From Eledone cirrhosa (taxonomy: Eukaryota), in assembly GCA_964016885.1 (NCBI GenBank), contig OZ024764.1, positions 7,378,001 through 7,442,000 on the forward strand: DNA of 64,000 nucleotides. The letters are read 5' to 3'. The notes below the pieces were generated by a model. It saw only the letters and a list, made by a program, of their open reading frames with translations. It was not told the DNA's origin and searched no databases. The position numbers and the translations under genes were made by a program. Below are positions 29,753-40,296 of this stretch, one piece after another. How positions within the stretch are numbered: position 1 is the first letter of the stretch; the number at the start of each line of letters is the position of its first letter.

Positions 29753-29868
29753 GAAAAAGAGTCAGGACACCGACGGCTGAGCTCCAGCTGTTTCGACATC
29801 TAGATCTCAGTTCAGATCAAGCTGTCGAAATGGCCGGAGCTCAGCCGTCGGGGTCCTGACTCTTTTCC
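29753..29868. other. Long hairpin (55-bp arms, 6-nt loop)
   Basis: 48/55 matches by manual alignment; the arms extend to GAGTGGG/CCCACTC beyond a (TA)n run. Confidence 0.9.
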
Positions 29869-29947
29869 TATTACCCACTCTACTACCCTAAATATTGAGT
29901 ACTCTGGTGCGTTATGGTCCATCTGGTTCCTTACCACACTTCCTTCG

Positions 29948-29985
<38 letters not shown>

Positions 29986-30524
29986 TTAGAAGGTGTAGAT
30001 GTTTGAAAATAACTGTAACCACAGTTGACTGGTATAAACAATAGCTTAGAATTCGGGTGAAAGAAGACGAGGGCAAAAGAATACAAAAGAAATATATATT
30101 TAAAATGTACTAAACTGGTGAAAAGATATAACAAAGATTAAAAAATCGGTAGAATATAGTTGAAATACCTGGAAAATATGAAATCTAAGAGGTGGAGTTG
30201 AGAATAAGTGGAGACAAGAAGTACAAGATAGCTGAAAATGACAAAGGCGGATTGTAGTAGAGTCACATGAGAGTGACCTCCCTTGTCTGGTACTCTTTCG
30301 TCTTTATTAAATAGAAAAAGAAACACCTTCTCCATTCTGTCCGGCGGGGCTGTGGAGCGGCCAGCACGTTGGACTCCATTTGCTGACAATACAGAGAAAG
30401 GGAGGCGATGACAGTGGGGGTTCGGACACATTGCACCTGTCATGTGGATAATGTGATAATTTCATTTTATCATTTTGAATATATTCACTCCCCGGACATG
30501 TATAACTCCTGACTTCCAACCATA

Positions 30525-30730
30525 TCCCGGTCGCTCTACGACAAGTTTGCGGTCGTGCCTTTGGCAGTGGAGACTTCTGGTGTCCTTGGCCCTAGGGCTA
30601 CCTCCCATCTTACCACCATAGGCGCAGAGCTGGTCAGCCGCAGGTGTGAGCCTCGCGAGATGGAATGGCTCTTCCAGCGCATCCCCCTTACCATCCTCCG
30701 TGGCTGTGGGAAGGCCAGCACGTGGGACCC
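30525..30730 (+). mobile_element. CRE-like RLE C-terminal fragment
   Basis: FAVVPLAVETSGVLGPRA...EWLFQRIPLTILRG; homologous to 17070-17365. Confidence 0.78.
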
Positions 30731-30829
30731 CATTTGCTCACAATACAGAGAAATGGGGTGGGCGAGAGAGATGGGGGCGATGGCGGTGGGAGTTCGGCTC
30801 TTCCACGTTCGGACACATTGTACCTGCCA

Positions 30830-31075
30830 TGTGGATCTGTAGCGAAATCTGTCCACACCTTGACCCTTGGGTGACACAGAAGGTCATAGTCTGGGTCACC
30901 TCCTTTTCGAGGTAAACAAGTCTATGCGTGGGCGACGGTCCCTCGAGGCGCGAGACGGGAAGCGACAGATATAAATAGCCTGAATCAGACCAAGCAAAAC
31001 CAGACAGATCCGAGCAGTACATGAGAGAATAGCTATGTAAAACATTCACCTCTAACTACAGGCCCCTTGGGGTCT
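30830..31075 (-). other. Unidentified coding-like module, copy B (diverged)
   Basis: NVLHSYSLMYCSDLSGFAWSDSGYLYL...HRLVYLEKEVTQ, then after a frameshift CHPRVKVWTDFAT. Confidence 0.5.
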
Positions 31076-31089
31076 ACATGGGTCAACCG

Positions 31090-31990
31090 ACTTCTACAGA
31101 CCCTTACTCTCTCTACAGGGAGTCTACAGACTGCTAGAGTCCCTTACTCACTCTACAGACCCTTATTCTATCTACAGTTCCTTACTCTCTACAGGGATCT
31201 ACAAGCCCTTACTTTCTCTACAGGGGTCCACAGACTCTTACTCTCTCTACAAGGGGTCTACAGACTGCTAGAGTCCCTTACTCTCTCTACAAGGGTCTAC
31301 AGTCTCTTACTCTCTCTACAGTCCTTTACTCTCTCTACAGGGGGGTCTACAGACTGCTAGAGTCCCTTACTCACTCTACAGACCCTTACTCTCTCTCTAC
31401 AGACCCTTACTCTCTCTACGAGGGTCTACAGTCCCTTACTCTCTCTACAGACCCTTACCTTCTCTACAGGGGTCCACAGACTCTTACTCTCTCTACAGGG
31501 GTCTACAGACTGCTACAGTCCCTTGCTCTCTCTACAAGGAGTCTACAGACTGCTAGTCCCTTACTCTCTCTACAAGGGTCTACAGTCCCTTACTCTCTCT
31601 ACAAGGGGTCTACAGACTGCTAGAGTCCCTTACTCTCTCTACAAGGGTCTACAGTCCCTTACTCTCTCTACAGACTTCTACAGGAGTCTACAGACTGCTA
31701 CAGTCCATTACTCTCTCTACAGGAGTCTACAGACTGCTACAGTCCATTACTCTCTCTACAGGGGGTCTACAGTCCGTTACGCTCTCTGCAGGAGTCTACA
31801 GACTGCTACAGTCCATTACTCTCTACAAGGGTCTACAGTCCCTTACTCTCTCTATAGGGGTCTACAGACCCTTACTCTCTCTACAGTATGTCTACAGATT
31901 TCTACAGACCCTTGCTCTCTCTACAGACTGCTACAGTCCCTTACTCTCTCTCCTGGTCTACAGACTTCTCACCTTCTCTGGTCACAGACT
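31090..31990. repeat. Irregular array of CCCTTACTCTCTCTACA / GGGTCTACAGACTGCTA motifs
   Basis: Dozens of shuffled 15-50 bp submotifs. Confidence 0.85.
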
Positions 31991-32149
31991 ACACCGCAAT
32001 AACGAAGTAACAAAAAAAAAAAAAAAACATTGTCAACCTTTATAGCTTGTAGTAACTTATTCTTTCTTCATTTATTAACTGAAGTGAAGTAAATTTTATA
32101 TCAAAATGAAACCATTTTGTGTTTTTTCTGTGGGTATGGTATGGTGTGG

Positions 32150-32365
32150 TGTGCAGTGGTCGGAAGCTGGGGAGTGCTTGACCGGAAGGGTGCTTGGCCG
32201 GAAGGGCCAGCAAGTCAGCCCCTCTCTAGCGGTGATCAGGAACGGTGTGGACGCGAGTTTTGGCAGCTCTCAGTCGTAATGAGTTTGATTGTACGCACTT
32301 GGAAGAGGAGAAACCAGCAATGGGATTTAGCGGCGCCTATGAAAAGCGGGAAGTGAGGTAGCTTT
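32150..32365. promoter_or_regulatory. GC-rich promoter-like patch with ETS-type motifs
   Basis: CGGAAG at ~32161, ~32183 and ~32199 plus GCGGGAAGTG at ~32346, in an AT-rich background. Confidence 0.3.
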
Positions 32366-32496
32366 TTCTACCCACAATTTCACCCCAACAACATTTACTA
32401 ACTTTGTCTTCACTTCACATCATGTAATAATTTCATTTTACTTGTCATTACTCACCGGATTGTGAGTGTGTATATATATATATATATATATGCATT

Positions 32497-33655
32497 TACC
32501 TGTAGATGTGTGTATATGTAGGTTTACACCTCTCTTGTCACCATCTGTCTATATATTTACCTGTAGATGTGTGTATATGCAGGTTTACACCTCTCTTGTC
32601 TCTATCTGTCTATATATTTACCTGTAGATATGTATATATGTAGGTTTACACCTCTCTTGTCTCTATCTGTCTATATATCTACCTGTAGATGTGTGTATAT
32701 GTAGGTTTACACCTCTCTTGTCACCATCTGTCTATATATTTACCTGTAGATGTGTGTATATGTAGGTTTACACCTCTCTTGTCTCTATCTGTCTATATAT
32801 TTACCTGTAGATGTGTGTATATGTAGGTTTACACCTCTCTTGTCTCTATCTGTCTATATATTTACCTGTAGATGTGTGTATATGTAGGTTTACACCTGTC
32901 TTGTCTCTATCTGTCTATATATTTACCTGTAGATGTGTGTATATGTAGGTTTACACCTCTCTTGTCTCTATCTGTCTTATATATTTACCTGTAGATGTAT
33001 GTATATGTAGGTTTACACCTGTCTTGTCTCTATCTGTCTATATATTTACCTGTAGATGTGTGTATATGTAGGTTTACACCTGTCTTGTCTCTATCTGTCT
33101 ATATATTTACCTGTAGATGTGTGTATATGTAGGTTTACACCTCTCTTGTCACCATCTGTCTATATTTACCTGTAGATGTGTATATATGTAGGTTTACACC
33201 TCTCTTGTCACCATCTGTCTATATATTTACCTGTAGATGTGTGTATATGTAGGTTTACACCTCTCTTGTCTCTATCTATCTATATATTTACCTGTAGATG
33301 TGTGTATATGTAGGTTTACACCTCTCTTGTCTCTATCTGTCTATATATCAACCTGTAGATGTGTGTATATGTAGGTTTACACCTCTCTTGTCTCTATCTG
33401 TCTATATATCTACCTGTAGATGTGTGTATATGTAGGTTTACACCTCTCTTGTCTCTATCTGTCTATATATTTACCTGTAGATGTGTGTATATGTAGGTTT
33501 ACACCTCTCTTGTCTCTATCTGTCTATATATTTACCTGTAGATGTGTGTATATGTAGGTTTACACCTGTCTTGTCTCTATCTGTCTATATATCTACCTGT
33601 AGATGTGTGTATATGTAAATTTACACCTCTCTTGTCTCTATCTGTTTATATATTC
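32497..33655. repeat. 61-bp repeat array, ~19 copies
   Basis: Period 61 (32761 to 32822). Confidence 0.96.
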
Positions 33656-33908
33656 TACTGACTTTCTAACCATAAACTGTTGATGGTAAAGAGCGAATGG
33701 AATTTTGGTTGTATCTATTGCTTGAATGATCGAAAGAAGACATTTATAATCATAAAGCCTGACCACTTCAATAGGCATTTTGTATGTTACAGAACTACTC
33801 CCTTCCTCCTGTTTATATATATAAATATGTGTGTATGTGGAAATATCCATAGATGCGAAAAAGGAAAACTGCTCAATCGGAAGGAAAGCTAATATATTAT
33901 ATTATCTA

Positions 33909-34798
33909 CAGGGTGTGGACGATATTTGTTCGCAATTTTCAACTGGTAATTTTATGCATATTTTTTAAAACTTCCGTTGTCACTCTTGTCTCCATAAAAA
34001 CAGTGACTATATTTCCATTATTTATTTTCAGAATAATTGATTATGAATAATTTTGAACCTCCAAATTTGTGGGAGACACGGAGTTCTTCTTGGAATCCGC
34101 GCCGGGAGGACGAATAAGACCAGGAGATCAACTCCCAGAAGAACAAGTAGCTCGCTGTCTCATCGAAAGACGTACCCAGAGTCATGCAGACAAAGTTTCC
34201 AGCGACAACATTGGTCTTAGGTGTCGTCAGCAGTCAAGGTGACGTCATGCCACCTCACTTCTTCCTGAGGGCCTCAAGCTGAACACCGATGGCTACATCT
34301 GCGTTCTGAGCAAGGTAGTAAAGCCCTGGATCGACCAGGTAGCTGCAGGTAGGCCGTACATGTGGCAGCAAGACTCAGCGCCCTGCCATACCAGCCGAAA
34401 GACCCAAGCCTGGCTGTCAGAGAACTTCGTCGACCACACTTCACCTGACATCTGGCCTCCCAGCTTGCCTGATTGCAACCCCCTCGACTTCTTTGTGTGG
34501 GGCGCAGTGGAACGAGACGCCAACAGATCTAGCTGCAATACGAAAGACGATCTGAAGGCCTGGATCACAAGTGTCTTTAGAGGACTAAGTCGGGAGACAG
34601 TGACGAAGGCCTGTAGCCGGTTCCGAGGCCGCCTTGAGGCTGTCATCAAAGCCAATGGCGGGTTTATCGAGTGAGATCGAAAGAACAAGTCATGAAGACA
34701 AACTGACCCAAGTTTGATAAATATATCTTAAAAAATAAAACTTCTGTGTTATTTTTTCCTAGACAGTAATCTTGCGAACAAATATCGTCCGCACCCTG
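33909..34798 (+). mobile_element. Internally deleted Tc1/mariner element of the DD37D (maT) type
   Basis: TIRs CAGGGTG(T/C)GGACGATATTTGTTCGCAA, TA on both sides; WQQD-x37-D spacing counted in ORF 34360-34674. Confidence 0.92.
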
Positions 34799-34887
34799 TA
34801 TTTATGTTCATATAGAGCAGTAATTTGTTGCTCAATGTTGGCAGTGGATTGTGTTGTGGTGTTGATTCGATTGTTGTGTGTGTGCTC

Positions 34888-35400
34888 ACCTGTAGCTTGC
34901 TGTGTGGTGTGATACAGTGTAACCAGAGGTTGCTGTGTGGTGTGGTCACTGTGGTGTAATACAGTGTGACCGGAGCTTGCTCTGTGGTGTGATACAGTGT
35001 GACCAGAGGTTGCTGTATTGTGTGGTCACTGTGGTGTGATACAGTGTGACCGGAGCTTGCTGTGTGGTGTGGTCACTGTGGTGCGACCAGAGGTTGTATG
35101 TCTGGTAGCTTGCTGTGTGGTGAGGTGTGGTCACTGTGGTGTGACCAGAGGTTGCATGTGTCAGGTAAGTGAGTAAGTGTTCAATAAGAAGATGATATGA
35201 TAGTTCTTTGATCACACAGACTTTGAAAATAACTCACGCCGGAGCAATACTAAAAATACACAGAAGTATGGACGTTATTTGTTTGTTTGTAAAAGTAGAA
35301 TTAAATTCTATTTACCAAGAAAACTTCCTGAAATTCACCGTCTTGGCTAAGAGAGGGGCCAAGAAATAAAGATTAGGTGAGAGAGAGAGAGAGAGAAAGT
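34888..35400 (-). repeat. Inverted duplicate of ~18080-18800, with only a few 47-bp units
   Basis: The reverse complement matches 18090-18600 (e.g. AAAATAACTCACGCCGGAGC, GATATGATAGTTC). Confidence 0.85.
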
Positions 35401-35404
35401 AATA

Positions 35405-35650
35405 GTCTGTAGTAAGTAAATGTTTTACATCGTTACTCTATCAGGAAATGCTCCGAATTGCCCTTTGCTTGGTCTAAGACAGGCTATTTAAATCTGCTGC
35501 TTCCTCTGGCCCCTGCCTTGAGAACCGCCGGGGTGACCTCGAGAGATCACCCACACAGATTTGTTTACGCCAAAAAGGAGGTAACCCAGAATTTGACCGT
35601 TAAATGTCACCCAGGGGCCAAGGTGTGGAAAGATTTCGCTACACATGCAC
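35405..35650 (+). other. Unidentified coding-like module, copy C
   Basis: NVLHRYSIRKCSELPFAWSKTGYLNL...CHPGAKVWKDFATHALNK. Confidence 0.5.
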
Positions 35651-35882
35651 TGAACAAAAGCGTTAGCTAAGATTTCAAGGCCCAATATTTATGATATGTC
35701 CAGAATATAAGAGGGAACAATGGAAAAGTGCTCCCTATCGAGTTAAAAGAGAACTATTGACCTTCAGGAGAAGCAGCGACCCCTGATTGCATTCAACAAC
35801 CAAAACAAATATGAAGTACACCAAATCCAATGATCCTAGGGACGGCACTGGTTCCTCTTATTTGCGGATGCCCTTCCTATCA

Positions 35883-38120
35883 CCACCACCATTTTACAGC
35901 ATGGACCGGGTGGTTTTATTTGTGCCACCAGCAATAGAGAGGTTGTCTTACTGGACTCAGGGGCCCTCTCTACCCCATACTTTGGTATGGTTTTTAATAG
36001 CTGAATGCTACTACCATTTCCTCCATTTTACAGCATGGACCGGGTGGTTTTATTTGTGCCACCAGCAATAGAGAGGTTGTCTTACTGGACTCAGGGGCCC
36101 TCTCTACCCCATACTTTGGTATGGTTTTTAATAGCTGAATGCTACTACCATTTCCTCCATTTTACAGCATGGACCGGGTGGTTTTATTCGTGCCACCAGC
36201 AATAGAGAGGTTGTCTTACTGGACTCAGGGGCCCTCTCTACCCCATACTTTGGTATGGTTTTTAATAGCTGAATGCTACTACCATTTCCTCCATTTTACA
36301 GCATGGACCGGGTGGTTTTATTTGTGCCACCAGCAATAGAGAGGTTGTCTTACTGGACTCAGGGGCCCTCTCTACCCCATACTTTGGTATGGTTTTTAAT
36401 AGCTGAATGCTACTACCATTTCCACCATTTTACAGCATGGACCGGGTGGTTTTATTTGTGCCACCAGCAATAGAGAGGTTGTCTTACTGGACTCAGGGGC
36501 CCTCTCTACCCCATACTTTGGTATGGTTTTTAATAGCTGAATGCTACTACCATTTCCTCCATTTTACAGCATGGACCGGGTGGTTTTATTTGTGCCACCA
36601 GCAATAGAGAGGTTGTCTTACTGGACTCAGGGGCCCTCTCTACCCCATACTTTGGTATGGTTTTTAATAGCTGAATGCTACTACCATTTCCTCCATTTTA
36701 CAGCATGGACCGGGTGGTTTTATTTGTGCCACCAGCAATAGAGAGGTTGTCTTACTGGACTCAGGGGCCCTCTCTACCCCATACTTTGGTATGGTTTTTA
36801 ATAGCTGAATGCTACTACCATTTCCTCCATTTTACAGCATGGACCGGGTGGTTTTATTTGTGCCACCAGCAATAGAGAGGTTGTCTTACTGGACTCAGGG
36901 GCCCTCTCTACCCCATACTTTGGTATGGTTTTTAATAGCTGAATGCTACTACCATTTCCTCCATTTTACAGCATGGACCGGGTGGTTTTATTTGTGCCAC
37001 CAGCAATAGAGAGGTTGTCTTACTGGACTCAGGGGCCCTCTCTACCCCATACTTTGGTATGGTTTTTAATAGCTGAATGCTACTACCATTTCCTCCATTT
37101 TACAGCATGGACCGGGTGGTTTTATTTGTGCCACCAGCAATAGAGAGGTTGTCTTACTGGACTCAGGGGCCCTCTCTACCCCATACTTTGGTATGGTTTT
37201 TAATAGCTGAATGCTACTACCATTTCCTCCATTTTACAGCATGGACCGGGTGGTTTTATTTGTGCCACCAGCAATAGAGAGGTTGTCTTACTGGACTCAG
37301 GGGCCCTCTCTACCCCATACTTTGGTATGGTTTTTAATAGCTGAATGCTACTACCATTTCCTCCATTTTACAGCATGGACCGGGTGGTTTTATTTGTGCC
37401 ACCAGCAATAGAGAGGTTGTCTTACTGGACTCAGGGCCCTCTCTACCCCATACTTTGGTATGGTTTTTAATAGCTGAATGCTACTACCATTTCCTCCATT
37501 TTACAGCATGGACCGGGTGGTTTTATTTGTGCCACCAGCAATAGAGAGGTTGTCTTACTGGACTCAGGGGCCCTCTCTACCCCATACTTTGGTATGGTTT
37601 TTAATAGCTGAATGCTACTACCATTTCCTCCATTTTACAGCATGGACCGGGTGGTTTTATTTGTGCCACCAGCAATAGAGAGGTTGTCTTACTGGACTCA
37701 GGGGCCCTCTCTACCCCATACTTTGGTATGGTTTTTAATAGCTGAATGCTACTACCATTTCCTCCATTTTACAGCATGGACCGGGTGGTTTTATTTGTGC
37801 CACCAGCAATAGAGAGGTTGTCTTACTGGACTCAGGGGCCCTCTCTACCCCATACTTTGGTATGGTTTTTAATAGCTGAATGCTACTACCATTTCCTCCA
37901 TTTTACAGTATGGACCGGGTGGTTTTATTTGTGCCACCAGCAATAGAGAGGTTGTCTTACTGGACTCAGGGGCCCTCTCTACCCCATACTTTGGTATGGT
38001 TTTTAATAGCTGAATGCTACTACCATTTCCTCCATTTTACAGCATGGACCGGGTGGTTTTATTCGTGCCACCAGCACTAGGGAAGTCATCTTACTGGTCT
38101 TAGGGGGCTTCTCTACCCCG
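35883..38120. repeat. 134-bp near-identical satellite, ~16.5 copies, derived from a SINE family B-like element
   Basis: ORF track repeats every 134 bp; the left junction reads GGATGCCCTTCCTATCACC. Confidence 0.96.
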
Positions 38121-38207
38121 CACCAATTTATTCGGAGTGGTAGCGTTCCTAGACGGGTTGCCTACACTACGGCTTACGGAGCCACCATCCGCCGTGTGTG
38201 TGTGTGC

Positions 38208-38538
38208 GAAGGCACATGGCTTAGTGGTTAGAGCATTGGGCTTGCAATCGAAAGGTTGTGAGTTCAATTCTCAGGCTGGGTGATGTGTTGTTTCCTTGAG
38301 CAAGACACTTTATTTCACATTGCTCCAGTTTACTCAGCTGTAGAAATGAGATGATAGGGACTGGGGTCCCTATCATTCCACTGTAAAGTAGTCGTGGAGG
38401 TGCCATGGCAAAAAAGCACCCAGCACTCGCTGTAAATGAGGTTGGTGTTAGGAAGAGCATCCAGCTGTAGAAATCAAGCCAGAATCAGTTCCCGTCCCAC
38501 CCTTGCAAGCAGGGAAAAGCGGATGTAAAATGATGATA
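38208..38538 (+). mobile_element. tRNA-derived SINE(s): CORE-like head plus family B body
   Basis: TGGCTTAGTGG and GAGTTCAATT boxes, TCCTTGAGCAAGACACTT, AGGAAGAGCATCCAGCTGTAGAAA, (TGA)n tail. Confidence 0.75.
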
Positions 38539-38829
38539 TATGGTGAGAAAGCTTTACCTAGTGAAACAGGTACTTTTGTTAAAAACAGTGATTTAAATAG
38601 ATACAAAAGAACACACACTGGACAAAAACCCTGTCACTGTAACATGTGGGAATCTAGTCTTGTTAACCACATGTAGTCACACTGGAGAAAAACCCTGTCA
38701 TTGTGACATGTGGGAAATCTTTTGTATGTAAGTCACTTAAATAGACACAAATACACCCTGGAAAGAAACCATATCACTGAGACATGTGAGAAGTCTTTTA
38801 GACAGAATATTAATCTTGAATATTAATAA

Positions 38830-39015
38830 TTGTTTCTGCTTTTGGCACAAGGCCAGCAATTACCCAGTGCATTACTGGTACCTTATTTTATCGACCCCCG
38901 TAAGGATGAAAGGCAAAGTTAACCTCGGCGGGATTTGAACTCAGACTATAAAGGGCCGTAACTCTTTGCTGCAAAGCATGGCGTCCGACCCTCTACCGAT
39001 ACTGCCAATCCACTG
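38830..39015 (-). mobile_element. SINE family A, near full length
   Basis: Reverse complement carries A box, B box, core and tail. Confidence 0.85.
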
Positions 39016-39470
39016 AGGCAGACTGTATGATGTGTGCATACAAACAGCAATGTTACATGGTAGTGAGATCTGGGCGCTGTGTGCAGAAAACTTGCGCAGA
39101 TTAGAAATAAACGAAGCTTGCTTGCTCCGATGGATGTGTAATAGTAATACACGCGAACGGCAAAGCATAAACGAATTGAGAGAGAGACTGAGCATAAGAG
39201 GAATCAAATGGTGTGTACAGGAGAGGAGATTACATTGGTATGGACATGTGATGCATATGAAGGATGACAGCTGCATAAAAAGGTGCAAAGAACTAGAAGT
39301 CGATGGAAGCCGTGGAGTGGGGAAACTCAAGAAGACCTGGGATGAGCTGATAAAAGCTGACCTTGCCCAATTGGACCTCTCAAAGGCGATGACACAGGAT
39401 CGAGACCTCTGGTGTCACGCAGTAATACAAAAGACCCGACTTCCCACAGGTACAAGCCGAAGCTGAAGCA
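39016..39470 (+). mobile_element. RTE LINE 3' fragment
   Basis: MLHGSEIW...ERRLHWYGHVMHM...KKTWDELIKADL...DRDLW. Confidence 0.88.
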
Positions 39471-40296
39471 TAAAGACAATATGCCACCACCCCCTCCCAC
39501 TGCAAAGTGGTCGTGTAGGTGTCACGACAAAAAAAACACCCAGTCCACACTGTAAAGTGGACGTGGAGGTGTCATGGTAAAAAAGGCACCCAGCACTCAC
39601 TGTAAATGAGGTTGGTGTTAGGAAGGGCATCCAGCCGAAATCGGTTCCCTTATGAGCAAGACAAGGTCAGCCGATCGGGCACTGCCTACAACAGGACAAC
39701 CCGTCCAACCCATGCCAGCGTGGAAGAATGGACATAAAACGGTGATGATGATGAAGTCAGACCAGAGAACTCTTTCATATGTGAGAAATCCTTAGTTAAT
39801 TTTAGTTTTCTATATCACATAAAAAAAACACATAGTCCACGCTGTAATGTGGCCGTGTAGGCAACACGGTAAAAACCTCCCAGCCCCACACTGTAAATGT
39901 GGTTGGTGTTAGGAAGGGCATCCAGCTGTAGAAAACCTGCCAGACAGTCGTATGCGAGCAAGACAACCACTCTTGCCTCAAGTGGGAAAACTCCCGTCCA
40001 AACCCATGCAAGCATGGAATGTGGGCGTTAAACGATGATGATGATGATGATGATGAATCACACTGAAGTAAAAAAACCTACTGTGAAATATGTGGGACAT
40101 CTTTTGTCTCCCCCAGTCACTTAAATAGACAAAAACAAACACATGCTGGTAGGGGAAACCTTTGAAATATGAGAACCCCTTCACTTACAGACCTAAGCTT
40201 ATTGTCCACCACCAAGTAGACATTGGAGAACATTTGAATGAATGGTGAATTCTTCATTTGCGAAGATCAGTGGGAAGAATTGTCCTGTTCCGTGGA

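Larger units (their letters stand above)
38540..40185 (+). pseudogene. Heavily decayed C2H2 zinc-finger remnant split by SINE/RTE insertions
   Basis: CACACTGGAGAAAAACCCTGTCATTGTGACATGTGGGAAATC and AAAGAAACCATATCACTG at 38.6-38.8 kb; similar pieces at ~39760 and 40060-40180. Confidence 0.65.

Noticed and set aside
35480-35625. snRNA/SL-RNA-like gene (TATTTAAA, GGCCCCTG...CAGGGGCC stem, GAG|GTAA)
   Set aside because: The stems are not conserved in the copy at 30.9 kb, and the substitution and indel pattern fits protein coding better. Not fully excluded.
36005-38080. Array of 66-aa peptide genes
   Set aside because: Overlapping by-products of the 134-bp repeat.
38208-38285. tRNA gene
   Set aside because: A/B boxes continue into SINE body sequence; no complete cloverleaf is evident.
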